Notes: a model not told the origin generated them from the sequence alone. A stretch of DNA of 64,000 bases from Eledone cirrhosa (GCA_964016885.1 OZ024752.1:7378001-7442000), one strand, 5' to 3'. Positions 24,831 to 38,366 are shown, numbered from the stretch's first letter. Program-made: numbers and translations.

Positions 24831-26295
24831 AAGCGAACCACGATCACTATCGACAGTAAATATTGACATTCACTACAACAGACATAATTCATTCGTTATA
24901 TCTACAAGTTTATTTGGCAGTTTCTTCCATCTCCCCCCATAACACATTACTGTAACATTTAAATATAAATATTACGAGAAGGAACGATGGGCCTCCATCG
25001 GTTTCGACGACGAGCCTTCTAGTTGTTTGATCAATGGAAACAGCCTACTCATGAAATTAACGAATAAGTGGCAGAGCATTCCACAAATACGTGTATTCCT
25101 AACCTAATTCTCAGTGTGAGACCCATTAAATTACAGGTACAGGTACAGGCTTCCAAACTGTTTCAGTCGACATTTCGCACACAATTTATAGAAAAGCCTC
25201 CGCTGGGGTTCGGTGAGAAATTATTTGGCGACATTTACTGTTAGGTCCGGTTAACTAAACGAATAATCTCCAACAGTTAAAAGTTAGATTCGTTGGAGAT
25301 CCACAGCTGTAAAGAAAACTCCGAGACACCCTTCCCTCTATAAGTTTTCTAAAAAACATGACTCGTTTCCGAGAGATTTCTAGTTCAGATGAAACGACTC
25401 ATTTTTTATAGAAAACTGAGGGCCATGTGGGTAGTCAACGAATCAAACTTTTAAAACCATTGGGAATTATTTGATTTACAGTTAACCGTACATCATGACA
25501 AATATCGGAAGGATGATGCGGCGAGGGGGGCAGGGTTTGGATTAGGATTAAGGTGTGTGTGTGTGTGTGTGTGTCTTTGTGTGTGTGTGAGTGAGTGAGT
25601 GTTCGGCAAATTGATGTAGAGAAATAGCCGAACATACATAGGAAAAAAAGAAATATTTCTCTCCGAATTGCTGAGAGGTGCCAATCTGTAACTCGGCGCC
25701 CCCCCCCCCCGTTTTCGGGGGGGGGGGGGGTCGTAGTACTGTTGAATACGATGAGAATCCTTCAAAGACAGACGTGGCAGAAGCAAAGGAAGTGTGTGAC
25801 TACATATCTGTTGATATAATGGACAGATATTCTTTCATTAAGTACTTAGTAGTTGCTAAATGAGATATGAAACCAGAAACAAACCAAATTCCAAGTGCTT
25901 ACCAATGTGTTTGAACACGGAAGAGCCGAACTCCCACTGTCATCACTTCCAACTTTCTGTATGGTGAGTAAATGGGGTCCCACGTGCTGGTCGCCCCACA
26001 GAATGGAGAAGGCGTTTCCCCGGAGGAAGGTAAAGGAGATGTGCTGCGAATGAGTTGGAGGTGAGATTTGTTGAAACCACACACACACACACACACACAC
26101 ACAAGAGCAGAAAAGACATTCCCACTAAAGAAAACTCAGAGTCCCCCCTCCTCTCTCCGCCTTCGTTTGAGATGGAGGTTAGATTCATTAAAAACCACAC
26201 GAAACAATTTCGTTGATCCCCAACGAGTAACTTTTTATAAATTAATAAATTTACCGATAGAAGATCAAAAAGAATAGAAAAAATGTGGGTGTTAC

Positions 26296-26363
26296 CTTCC
26301 ACTTCTGTTCCAGAATATTCTGCTGAGCTGAAGATAATCCTTGAATGGATCAAACAGGTTCAT
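26296..26363 (-). CDS. nanos: nanos, first coding exon (MNLFDPFKDYLQLSRIFWNRSG, NIM-like motif)
   Basis: GCC-ATG start. FDPFKDYLQL resembles the Nanos NOT1-interacting motif FxxWxDYxxL. Donor AG|GTAACA is phase 2 and compatible with the next exon. A ttttag acceptor lies 30 nt upstream of the ATG. Confidence 0.85.
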
Positions 26364-26826
26364 GGCAGGATGTGAAATGGAACAGACACTTAACTAAAAC
26401 TTGTTAAACCTTTCACTTCTGTGGTAGAATAGTTTCACTTTGTGTGTATGGGTGTTTGGTTGTGTGTGTGTGTATGGGTGTATGTTTGTATGGGTGTGTG
26501 TTTATTTGGGTGTGTTTGGGTGTCTGTGCGTTTGGGGGCGTGTGTGTGTGTATCTCTTTTTCAAGGGGGACATCTGAAGTCGCCTCATAACACACATATA
26601 CATACGTAAATACATACATACATACACACATACATATATACATACGTAAATACATACATACATACACACACATACATATATACATACGTAAATACATACA
26701 TCAGTGAATGTCACAAAAGTATTTAGAATACATACGTTTATGGTTAATAAACATCAGCACGTGTGTATTTATATATAAATAAATATACACACATACACAT
26801 ATATATATATATACATATATATATTA

Positions 26827-26859
<33 letters not shown>

Positions 26860-27033
26860 ACGAAGGAAATGTGGTAAGGAACCAGGTGGACCATAACGCA
26901 CCAAAGTACTCAATACTTAGGGTAGTAGAGTGGATAATAGGAACAAGTAAGACCCCGACTGCAGTCCAGAATTAGCCGTCGAAACGGCTTGAGCTCAGCC
27001 GTCGGGGTCTTACTTGTTCCTATATATATATAT

Positions 27034-27096
<63 letters not shown>

Positions 27097-27140
27097 TATT
27101 TATACAGACATGCACACACAATATACATATATATATATAT

Positions 27141-27200
<60 letters not shown>

Positions 27201-27287
27201 ATGTATGTATGTATGTATGTATGCATGTATGTATGTATATATGTATGTATGTGTATGTATGTATGTATATATGTATGTATGTGTATA

Positions 27288-27890
27288 GTTGGTGCTACTG
27301 GTAACATGTATTCCAGTACAACCTGTCCCATGGTCGGGTCGTTGGCGACTAAACTGGCAACCCCACCAAGGTTTCTTGGTGAGGAGGGTGACTTTGGACA
27401 TCCTGCAGGACTAAAAACAAAACCTGTCAAAAGGCAAAGGAGCTCTTAAGAGTCAATGGCCATCCAAAATCACCGGGAGAGATGACCCCTTAGCCTTTGT
27501 CAAGGCAGAATTCTAGGAGAAGGAAAACTCTGATATAACACCTGCAACCCTGATGGTATCCAATGATGTTGACTTGTTCTTCTTTTTGGTAAATATCATC
27601 TTGGTTAAGAGAGTGGGACTGGCTTTGTGCAGTGCCTTTGCTCACTATAAAAGCTTCACGGCACAGGCATTGCTTTATATCTGGAGATCTCTCTGCATTT
27701 GTCGTCACATGGTACCATGGGCCCAGCACTATGTGTCAATAATTGTCACAAGTGTAGTGTTTGTACCAGAGCTTTCAAGTCGCTGGCTGGACTAAAAAGT
27801 CACACTCGTTCAGCGCATCAGTAGGGGTTCTCCTACATGGATATAAAGTAGTGGCCGTACTCGAAAACGAGTTGGCAGCCACCATGTATG
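27288..27890 (+). mobile_element. non-autonomous RTE-derived element (structured 5' part plus 3' end with C2H2 finger and (ATGT)n tail)
   Basis: The 3' end encodes CSVCTRAFKSLAGLKSHTRSAH. Copies at 45135-45430 and, more diverged, 30475-31000. Confidence 0.65.
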
Positions 27891-28444
27891 TGTATATATA
27901 GGAAAATGTTCAGGACGGCTATTCCTGGACGCGTCCAGGAATAGCCTTCGAAACGGCTTGAGCTCTGCCGTCGGGGTCTTGAACATTTTCCTATTACCCA
28001 CTCTACTACCCAAAGTATTGAGTACTCTGGTGCGCTATGGTCCACCTGGTTCCTTACCACACTTCCTTCGTTATACATATATAACGAAGGAAGTGTGGTA
28101 AGGAACCAGGTTTTGGGGCACTGTTTTTCATGCTACTCCCCGTTAAGGTTTTTAAAGGTTGGCAGGTCTGTAATATATATACAGACCTGCCAACCTTAAC
28201 GGGGAGTAGCATGAGAAAAAGTGCCCCAAAATGAGAAGAAATGAAGCAAATTAGGGATATTTTACATAATTGTTTCTACGTTAGGCACAAGGCCAGCAAT
28301 TATCCAGTGTATTACTGGTACTTTATTTTATCGACCCCGTAAGGATGAAAGGCAAAGTTAACCTCGGCGGGATTTTACATAATGAAATCTCTACCCATTT
28401 TCACAAGAGAAAACATCTCTCATTCACTCCAAAGTGGGTGGGAG

Positions 28445-28603
28445 CAGGGCCGTCTTAACGCATGGGCACGCTGGGCAGTAGCTCGTGGACCCCACGAGGA
28501 TAGGAGGCCCATTTGTATTTTTATTCCTGTGAGCGGTTGTGTAGGTAGGGGTCCCAGTGCTCTGCTTTGCCCGGGGGCCTATGATGCTGTTAAGACGGCC
28601 CTG
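28445..28603. mobile_element. MITE with CAGGGCCGTCTTAA TIRs
   Basis: TIRs are visible. An inverted sister copy lies at 29597-29759. Confidence 0.8.
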
Positions 28604-29596
28604 GGGGGAGGTCTCCCCGTTGGGTGGGTAGAGTTGACAGGTCTGATATATATATCAATATGAACCATTACCAACTACAGGCTGATGGTCAGTTTGATGG
28701 CTGAAGAGGCTTTGTTTAGGTCCCTTTTTCTGGACCATTACGGTGAGTAGTACGTCCCCAAAAAGGGCTGCTCACGTGCTCAAGATTCCGCTGAAAGATC
28801 TTGCTGTCCAGGTTAACAGTACAGCGATGTTAGGATAAGACTCAAGTTGCTCATGTGTAGATTTGTGACTATGTACTTCTAACCAATTGTGTCTACACAC
28901 GTTGTCATTCCTCCACTGTTGTGGAACTTATGAAGAAAGATCTGCCCATAAAGATGGCAATGCTACGTTGCTTGTGCTGCAGATATCACCCACTCCTCCC
29001 CTGTAGCTATGTGACAAGTCAAGGCAAGATAACAAGCCAGTGGTAAGCCACACCATCTAGGATGCAACACAGCGACACCTTGTCGGCGGCAACCTGAGTG
29101 GTTATCACAATTTTTCCGTTCCGCAGTGATAAGTCCCATCATGCAACACACAGCGACACCTACTTCGGCGGCAATGTGGTATATTCAGCAACAGACACAG
29201 GTTTCATTGCTCAACAAGATGTGTCTCTCCTTTGTTCTGTCCTACACCATCTTGAAAACTAAAGTGGGTGTGTTTTTATTGGCAACATGACCCTCCCAAA
29301 GTATAACAATATCTGTTTCAACACACGTTTTCACATAAGAATTATTGCAAAACAAATTAAAAAAATGAATTATAATATATATTGGATACTGAAACATGCC
29401 AACATTTTTATAATTTTGGGGTCCACTGATGAGTTTGACTAGGGTCCACATTGTAGGTAAATCCAGGGTTGGTGGAAGCATTTCTGAATGGGGGCTGGGA
29501 GGGGAAAAATTTGGTCAATTTAGTTGTAGTGATTAGTTTAGCTGTTATCAAATATCAACCAAGATATAAACAAAAAACTTTGATATCTGATAAACA

Positions 29597-29759
29597 CAGG
29601 GCCGTCTTAACACCATTATAGCCCCCCCCCCCGGGCAAAGCAGAGCACTGGGGCCCCTACCTACACAACCACTCACAGGAATAAAAATACAATGGGCGCC
29701 CTATCCTCGTGGGGCCCCCGGAAAACTGCCCAGCGTGCCCATGCATTAAGACGGCCCTG
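29597..29759. mobile_element. hAT-type MITE
   Basis: CAGGGCCGTCTTAA TIRs with 8-bp TSD GATAAACA. Confidence 0.85.
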
Positions 29760-30639
29760 GATAAACATAACATGTACATAAATTGTAGGTGTGTGTTTTG
29801 GTAGTTTGGGGAGACAAATATAATTATTGGGGAGGAGGTAACCCCCCCCCCCCCCCCCCAGTTCCAGCGCCCCCGAAATCCTGCCATTAGTAACTATGGT
29901 ATGACTTGGTGATATATTTACAATCCTGTTGTCTTCACACCCCACAACCACCCCACAACCACCCCACAACCACTCCACAACCACCCCACAACCAAACCTC
30001 TCCAACTGTCATTCATTTTAAAAATATGAAAATATATCCACATTACTTTAAACTGGGTTCTTTCTTTCAAACAGGAAAATTGTGTATGTGTGTGTAAGGT
30101 TGTGTGTGTGTGTTTGGTTGTATGTGTAAGTGTGTGTATGTATGTGTGGATGTATGTATGTGTAATTGTCTATGTATGTGTGTGTGTAATTGTGCATCTG
30201 TGTGTGTGTGTATGTATGTGTGGTTATGTATATTTATGCGTGTATATGTGTGTGTAATTGTGTATCTATGTGTGTGGTTATGTATATGTATGTGTATGTG
30301 TGTGTGTATTTCTGCTTTAGCTGTGTCTTATTTATGTATAGAGCGGCTGAGATGAAAGATTGTTTCCGCGGTTTGTTTGTAGCGAGTTTCTCTCCTGTTA
30401 AGACCAGCTTCCAATGTGAAAGTGTGTGTGTGTGTGTGTATGTTTATGTGTATGTGAGTGTGTATGTGTGTATGTAAGACCCCCAGTTGTTGTCACAACA
30501 TCTTTCTAGGAGGGGGAAATTGAAAAAAAACCTGCAGCTTCGGAAGCATCCGATGATGTTGACCAGTTCTCCTTTTAGGGTAGAGTTTTCAATGTTCAGA
30601 GAGTGGGATTGGTCGTGTGCAAGGTCTTTCTCCACTTAA

Positions 30640-30848
30640 CCCTTTAGCATTCGCATTACTCTATATATACTATTGTATTTTCATGTAAAGGCTTTACCTC
30701 ACAAAATTATCTCACATAATATCGAATCTATGAGATTTTGAAAGTATTTATTTTGAGAACAATACCTTAACATCAATATGAGTGACCAGTTACAGCCAGT
30801 TTCAACAGAAAGAGGTAGAGAATTCTGGACGGTTTGAACATTAAAGGG
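30640..30848. mobile_element. piggyBac-like MITE
   Basis: TTAA|CCCTTTAGCATT ... AAAGGG ends. Related pieces at 13140-13343 and 21950-22058. Confidence 0.6.
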
Positions 30849-31711
30849 TTTTAAAAAACCCTTCAAAGCACAGGCATTGCTTGTTCAGGATCTGTTAGGG
30901 GTTCGTGTGACTGGCCGTAGCCTAAAAGTGCACCATTTTCTGTAATCTGACAAGAGATTGCAATACTCTTAACAGTGTTTGCAGCCATCATGTATGTTCT
31001 GGTTTTATAATTTTATAAATGTTTACTAATAGAGAGAAAGTCGGTTTCTAACATAGACACAAGACTCTCTCTTTGGAATATAAACAACATCAACTAGGTA
31101 GATATGTATATATGTCTGCATGCATGTGTGTACAGATATGGATGTTATGGTATAATGGATTGTACTTGTAATTTCCTAACTAGTCGTGTTCTTCCTGTTT
31201 CTGTGAAGCCCAGCTTCTCAAGATTTGTATTGAGGCAGTCACTAACATATCCCAGTGCCCCAATAATCACAGGTATAAATATGTATGCATGTGTGTATGT
31301 ATGTGTTTGTGCATGTGTGTGTATATGGTTGTATACGAGGTCTGTAGAACATATCTTACCTTAGGCTGTGAAAACAAAACTGTTTGGTTGTATTCAGTGA
31401 CCCCTCGTACCTCCACAGCCATGTGATCCTGTTGCAATATTTCGTCTGGAACGGTTCTGAGCTCTACTCCCGCAGTCCACATTGTGTCATATTGCTTTTC
31501 AAAGAAGTCAGAATCCACCATGTTTGGAAAATAGAGAACTTGGTAATTCAGCAAAATTCCTTTCTTTGCCAGAATAAAAACCAACAACATTGATCAGTTG
31601 GGTTGCAATGAATGATCCGGAGCGGTTGTTATGTTGCAGTTGCCCACAGATCCCGTCTCTTGCGTCGAAATACATCGTGGAGACAACGGAGGACCACACA
31701 ACAGCGTTTAG

Positions 31712-32427
31712 CGTGACACCCCAACGGCTGGCTGCACCAGTGGCACATCTAGAGTGACACCCCAACAACTAGCTGTACCATTGGCACATCTAGAGTGACA
31801 CCCCAACCACTGACTGTACCAGTGGTACATCTAGAGTGGCACCTCAGCAACTGGCAATACCATTGGCACATCTAGAGTGACACCCCAACCACTGACTGTA
31901 CCAGTGGTACATCTAGAGTGGCACCTCAGCAACTGGCAATACCATTGGCACATCTAGAGTGACACCCCAACAACTGGCTGTACCAGTGGCACCCCAACAA
32001 CAGGCTGTACCAGTGGCACATCTACAGTGGCACCCCAACAACTGGCTGTACCAGTGGCACATATAGAGTGGCACCCCAACAACTGGCTGTACCAGTGGCA
32101 CATCTACAGTGGCACCCCAACAACTGGCTGTACCAGTGGCACATATAGAGTGGCACCCCAACAACTGGCTGTACCAGTGGCACATATAGAGTGGCACCCC
32201 AACAACTGGCTGTACCAGTGGCACATCTAGAGTGGCACCCCAACAACAAGCTATACCAGTGGCACATCTACAGTGGCACCTCAACAACTAGCTGTACCAG
32301 TGGCACATCTAGAGTGGCACCCCAACAACAGGCTGTATCAGTGGCACATATAGAGTGGCACCTCAACAACTGGCTGTACCAGTTGCACATCTAGAGTGGC
32401 ACCTCAACAACTGGCTGTACCAGTTGC
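31712..32427. repeat. ~41-bp minisatellite, ~17 copies
   Basis: Unit ccagtggcacatctagagtggcaccccaacaactggctgta. Confidence 0.93.
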
Positions 32428-32864
32428 GGGGACCAGATTATTTTTTAACTGTCCATCTTGTATGTATTGGCGACAGTCGAAGGAAAAAGTCATCCTAGCC
32501 TTGATTTGACTCAGTACTTGTCTTCCTAACATCTTTACTTCCTCCGTATATATACATGTATGAAGGAACGGGACTTTGTGGTTAGAATGTTCGGTTATGA
32601 GTTCAATTCCCAGTAGTGTGTTGTGTCCTTCAACACGATACTTTATTTCACGTTGCTCCAGTATACTCAGCTGACAAAATAATGAATTGTACATGTATTT
32701 CGAAGAGCTAGCCTTGTCACGCTATATCACGTTGAATCTCGCTAAAAGTCACTTTAATGATATACATGACTGTAGAATGCTCAGCCACTTGCACGTTAAT
32801 TTAACGAGTAGGCTGTTCCACAAAGGAGGAATATCTCAGTAGTTATCTAAAGTCTGTTTCGAGT

Positions 32865-33769
32865 CCGGAGGTTTATCAAACTTGTGTTTTTCTTGGTTTC
32901 AGTGGCGTTAAGTGACTGAGAGTACAAGACTCTCCCCTGGACATGACACCAGTCCATTGCAGGGTTATAAACATCAGCTATTACTGGTACCCATTTTGAG
33001 CTGAATATACTGGAGCAACGTGAAATGAAGTATCTTGCTTAAGAACACAACTCACAACCCAATCCAGGAATGGAACCCACGACATTATGACGGTAAGTCC
33101 AACACCCTTACCACTAGGCTACCTCCTCCACCCCACGACATTATGACGGTAAGTCAAACACCTTTACCACTAGGCTACCTCCACCCCACGACATTATAGT
33201 GGTAAGTCCAACACCTTTACCACTAGGCTACCTCCACCCCACGACATTATAGTGGTAAGTCCAACACCCTTACCACTAGGCTACCTCCACCCCACGACAT
33301 TATGATGGTAAGTCCAACACCCTTACCACTAGGCTACCTCCACCCCACGACATTATAGTGGTAAGTCCAACACCTTTACCACTAGGCTACCTCCACCCCA
33401 CGACATTATAGTGGTAAGTCCAACACCCTTACCACTAGGCTACCTCCACCCCACGACATTATGATGGTAAGTCCAACACCCTTACCACTAGGCTACCTCC
33501 ACCCCACGACATTATAGTGGTAAGTCCAACACCTTTACCACTAGGCTACCTCCACCCCACGACATTATAGTGGTAAGTCCAACACCCTTACCACTAGGCT
33601 ACCTCCACCCCACGACATTATAGTGGTAAGTCCAACACCCTTACCACTAGGCTACCTCCACCCCACGACATTATAGTGGTAAGTCCAACACCCTTACCAC
33701 TAGGCTACCTCCACCCCACGACATTATAGTGGTAAGTCCAACACCCTTACCACTAGGCTACCTCCACCC
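32865..33769 (-). mobile_element. tRNA-derived SINE with ~13x tandem 53-bp head
   Basis: Units contain the A box TAGCCTAGTGG. Body as in 13605-13860. Confidence 0.75.
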
Positions 33770-35063
33770 GTCAAGGAAAGTTCAAATCCCGCCGAAGTTA
33801 ACTTTGCCTTTCATCCTTACAGGGACGATAACATAAAGTACCAGTAATACACTGAGGCCATTTAATCAATTTTCCCCTCCTCCAAAATTGTTGTCCTTGT
33901 GTCTAAATCAGAAACCATTAAATTAATTGTTTCTACTTTAGGCACAAGGCCAGCAAATACTCAGTACATTACTGGTACTTTATTTTATCGACTCCGTAAG
34001 GAAGAAAGGCAAAGTTAACTTTGTTGTTGTTGTTGTACCACCGTCGTTTCCAACGAGTTCCAGCTACAGAACACCCTGCTCGTGAAATTAACACACAAGT
34101 GCCCGAGCATTCCACAGTTAAGTCTACCCTTAACGTAATTCTCAGAGAGATTCAGTTTGTGACAGGGTTGGCCCTTCGAGTTACCATAGCGTCAGGTTGA
34201 CCCCTGCCTTGTCAGTGAAACTGGGGAGACGGAAGATTGGTCAGTGGCTTGTTGGGTGAACACTCGTCGTCGAAATCGACGCATTCCTGCGACAATTAAT
34301 TTTCTTTATACATTAAAAAACATTACACATACCAAACAAAATACATAACTAGAAATCCCATATGTTATAAAATAAATAGGATGAGTTGGCGGTCTCAATA
34401 TGTAAACTAAACGACTAATTCTGTTTTTTTTTTAAATCAAGGGAGACAACCTAGAAAAAATACAGATTTTCCCTCACCCCCACCCCACTATTATGTAGGA
34501 CCCAAGAGTATATGTAAAAAGTAAACGGAAACAACAAAGCAAGCAACACAGTACAATGAAGAAATGTATTAGTTTAACACTTGATATTTTTTTTTAATCC
34601 GACCCACTCCCGCTTATTCTCCCCCTTTTGTTCCACCCCCCCTCGCTTATCCCCCCCCCCTTTTATCCCACCCCCATCATCACTTATTTCCCCTTATTCC
34701 ACCTCCCCCCCGTTTATTCCCCATTATGCCACCTCCCGCTACCCCCCCCCCCCCCACTATATGTGACCCTATACACTCTAATTCAGGTCAGAAGAACATT
34801 CTACGATCAAACTAAATAAGTCTGGCAGTCGTCACTTTTATTATTGTTTTTGTTAGAATTGTGTAGAAATGAAGAAAATGGGAATGGGGAGAGGAGAGAT
34901 ATGAAGGAAGGTGAATCTTTGAGAGGTGAATCTTTGACAGGTGAAAGGAGGCTCGTAAATTGTTTAAAACAATATGTTAAGTCCTCCCCCGCCATTGTAC
35001 CAAACTAGAAAACAAAATAATTCATTTTACATTTTTACATTTTGATAGTGTATTCTTTTGGCT

Positions 35064-35220
<157 letters not shown>

Positions 35221-35238
35221 ATATAAATATATATATAT

Positions 35239-35319
<81 letters not shown>

Positions 35320-35799
35320 ATAGAGAAAAAAAAACGAGGAAGTTTCGTTTACGTATATAAGATATTTATTGTGTATCGACCTCTTACGCACGTGTCGCAG
35401 AGGATTGGTTCAAGGTGAATCATAGGCGTTATGGGACTGACTCTACTATCGATCTGCTCTTCAGACTGGCGATGTGACAAATATGTGTGTGTGTGTGTGG
35501 AGGGAGAGAGCTAACAACCGTAAGGTTGTGAGTTCGAATCCCAGGCCGGGTGGTGTGTTGTGTTCTTGAGCAAGATACTTTATTTCACGTTGCTTCAATT
35601 TACTCAGCTGTAGAAATAAATTGTGACGTCACTGGTGCCAAGTTGTATTGGCCATTGCCTTTACCTTGGACAACATTGGTGGTGTGGAGAGGGGAGACTG
35701 GTATACATGGGAGACTGCTGGTCTTCCACAAAACAACCTTGCTCAGACTTGTGCCTCGGAGGGGAACTTTCTAGGTACAAAACCACGGTCATTCAGTGT

Positions 35800-36200
35800 T
35801 CTCAACTGTGCATCTTGTTTCTCCAGCCGGGCCTCCACAAAGAAGAAGAAGAGGAGGAGCTTACTGGTGAAGGTGTGTGTGTCTCCTGGTCCACAAATGA
35901 CAGTGGCGCTGCTACCTTCATGATTCTGCTAACTCCTCGATAGGAGTGGATGCTTTACTAGCCGCCAAAATGCTGCGACTGGCTGGCGGTTGCCTTTATA
36001 GAAACAATTGTTTCAGGTTAGCCGGATCTATAGTACTTGCTTCTGACAGTACCCGCTAGAGCCGAAATATTATCTTGCTCACGCTTCCCTTTTCACTCCT
36101 TAAGATCAGTTTCAGCTTCCTGTCCAACTTCAAAAGATGCAGGCTCTATATGAATAGGGCCAGGAAATGAGGGCTCTGTGGCGCTGAGAGGTGGTTAATA
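35800..36200 (-). mobile_element. decayed Gypsy-type gag fragment
   Basis: NLKQLFL*RQPPASRSILAASKASTPIEELAE/IMKVA resembles the LFLQRLP..ILA..LEELA..ADxIME gag signature. Contains stops and a frameshift. Confidence 0.5.
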
Positions 36201-38366
36201 TTGAGGAACTCATTAGATCTTAAATCATGCCTTAATGCTAGAAGTGAACTATGCAAACCCTGCCCGCGCAGCACAAAATTCTTTCTTTGTTTCTGGTACC
36301 AGACACTCGTAACCAGACACTCATGATACATATATTGAATTGTATTTTTTCTTTAAAATTCCATCTACATAATCGTAATATAAACCTTTGAAATGCATCG
36401 TTGTAAAATATCATTGAAAAATATGATTCATTAAGAGGAAACAAAGTTAAGGCCTTAAGATAAAGTTATGCCTTTAACGGAAGTTCACTTGGGCTAGCTC
36501 ACATAATTCTGTACGAGTGTTGAATTATTTCCCTTCGATCACACTCTTAAAACAAACAGGAAATTAGCATCGAGAAATTGAAAGCAATTTTGTATTTTTT
36601 TTTTATTTATTCTTACGATATATTACCATATTGTACCATTAAATTACTTTTATTACATTTATTTATTGTTATTGATAACTTGCGTTTTATTGATTTTTAA
36701 AGGGATTATTTGCGTATAAACTTTCAGTTTTGATTGAAGGTGTGGAACGAATACATATATTTTAATTGATGTGGTAACGAACGACGGCTGTACCGAAATA
36801 TATTCGTTATCAAAGGGACGATTGAGTATATGTTTAGACTAATCTCCCTTTAACAGAATAAAAAATATTTGTATTAATATTAATGAGGGTGAAGAAAGAA
36901 AAAAGAAGTTAGAGAGAAAGACTAAGAGAGAGAGCTAGGGAGAGAGAGAGAGAGTAAGGGAAATATGGGGAGAAAGAGGCTAAAAGTGTCAATTTTAACA
37001 GCAGACTGGAATGGAAGCAGAAGAATTAGAGAAAAGGCGTGGATTTCATCGACTGTGAGAGAGGAAGGGGGGAGAAGGACACAATACGAGCATGAGAGAG
37101 AGGGGGGAACGAAAGAGGGAGACGGAGTGGGAAAAGTGTGGGGGAGAGGGGGAGGAGGATACAATACGAGCATAAGAGAGAGAGAGAGACAAACAGAGAG
37201 AGAGAGGAGAAAGAGTGAGAGGGGAGGGGAGAGAAACGAAGAGGGAGGGGGAGACGGAGTAGGAAAGAGAGAGGGGAGAGACAGGAATATGGAGAGAGGA
37301 GAAGGAGGGAGAACGGATAGGAGAGGGAAAGGGGGGAAGGATAGAGGGAGAGAAAGAGAGGGAAAGACTAAGAGAAAAGTAATACTGAATAAAATAGATC
37401 GATAAAGAAAGATAGTAAGAGAATAGCAGAGAGAGAAATGGAGAAATGACATCAACATGGCTGAATCATTTATCGTCTGCTCATTATAATTAGTGTTAGT
37501 CGGTGACATCACAGAAAACTAACCATTCAGATTCACTTATGACACACTTTATTATTGCTTTCTCTCAATTTTTCCTGTTTTCTTCAATCATCAGTTAGTC
37601 CTGTATCTATATACAGTTCAATGGTCTGATGAAATACGTTGCAGTATTTATTGTTCTAAGTCAGACGACAACGAAATTGGTAAAGTCGTTAGAACGTCAG
37701 ATAGAATGTTTTGTTATATACAAGAAGGGAAATAAATAATTTTCTATATAGATAATAAACACAACCACAAGGGTATGGTCCCAACGTGGCTATTTCTTCC
37801 AACTCTCTACTCTCTGAGTTTAACTCCCACCGAGGTCAACTTTGTCTTTCATCCATTTAGGGTTAATAAAAAAAAAAAAACAGTTTAGTACTGGGGTCGT
37901 TTCCTCTATATCTCTTTCTCTCTCTATCTCTCCATATATATATATATTGTGTATATCTATGGATTATATACAAGTTTTTACATAACTTGAACATTATTTA
38001 TGCCACGTTGTAGAAATCTTATAACGAAACGATCGTATGGAAAGAAAGAGAGATTTATTTAATTATGTTCTCATATAAAAAAAATACAACCAATTATCCA
38101 CGGAATACTATATAGTTAACACCCCAAACACATAATTGGGATTATACTCAGGTATATCCCAATGTTTGTTGAGTGAGATGGAATTGGTCAGAGTATCGCT
38201 TAAAGCTTTCTCTGTTAATGTATTATATATATATGCAAAAGTTCTATTTAAAATTGTTGGGATACAACAAGTAAATATTTTTATAACTGATATAAAGCAC
38301 TCGACAAGTATTTGGAGTAGATATACGATATTAATAAATGGAAACTATATTTATAAAACCATATTT

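Noticed and set aside
28681-28742. Plus-strand exon candidate with a GTGAGT donor
   Set aside because: It has no recognisable peptide or partner exons.
31620-31710. GIY-YIG-like CSCP..KYIVET peptide
   Set aside because: Spacing and downstream residues do not fit the motif, and the match is too short.
37626-37660. CTGATGA followed by a hairpin
   Set aside because: There is no GAAA or stem I/III partner. The same applies to the CTGATGA words near 18312, 29426 and 58704.
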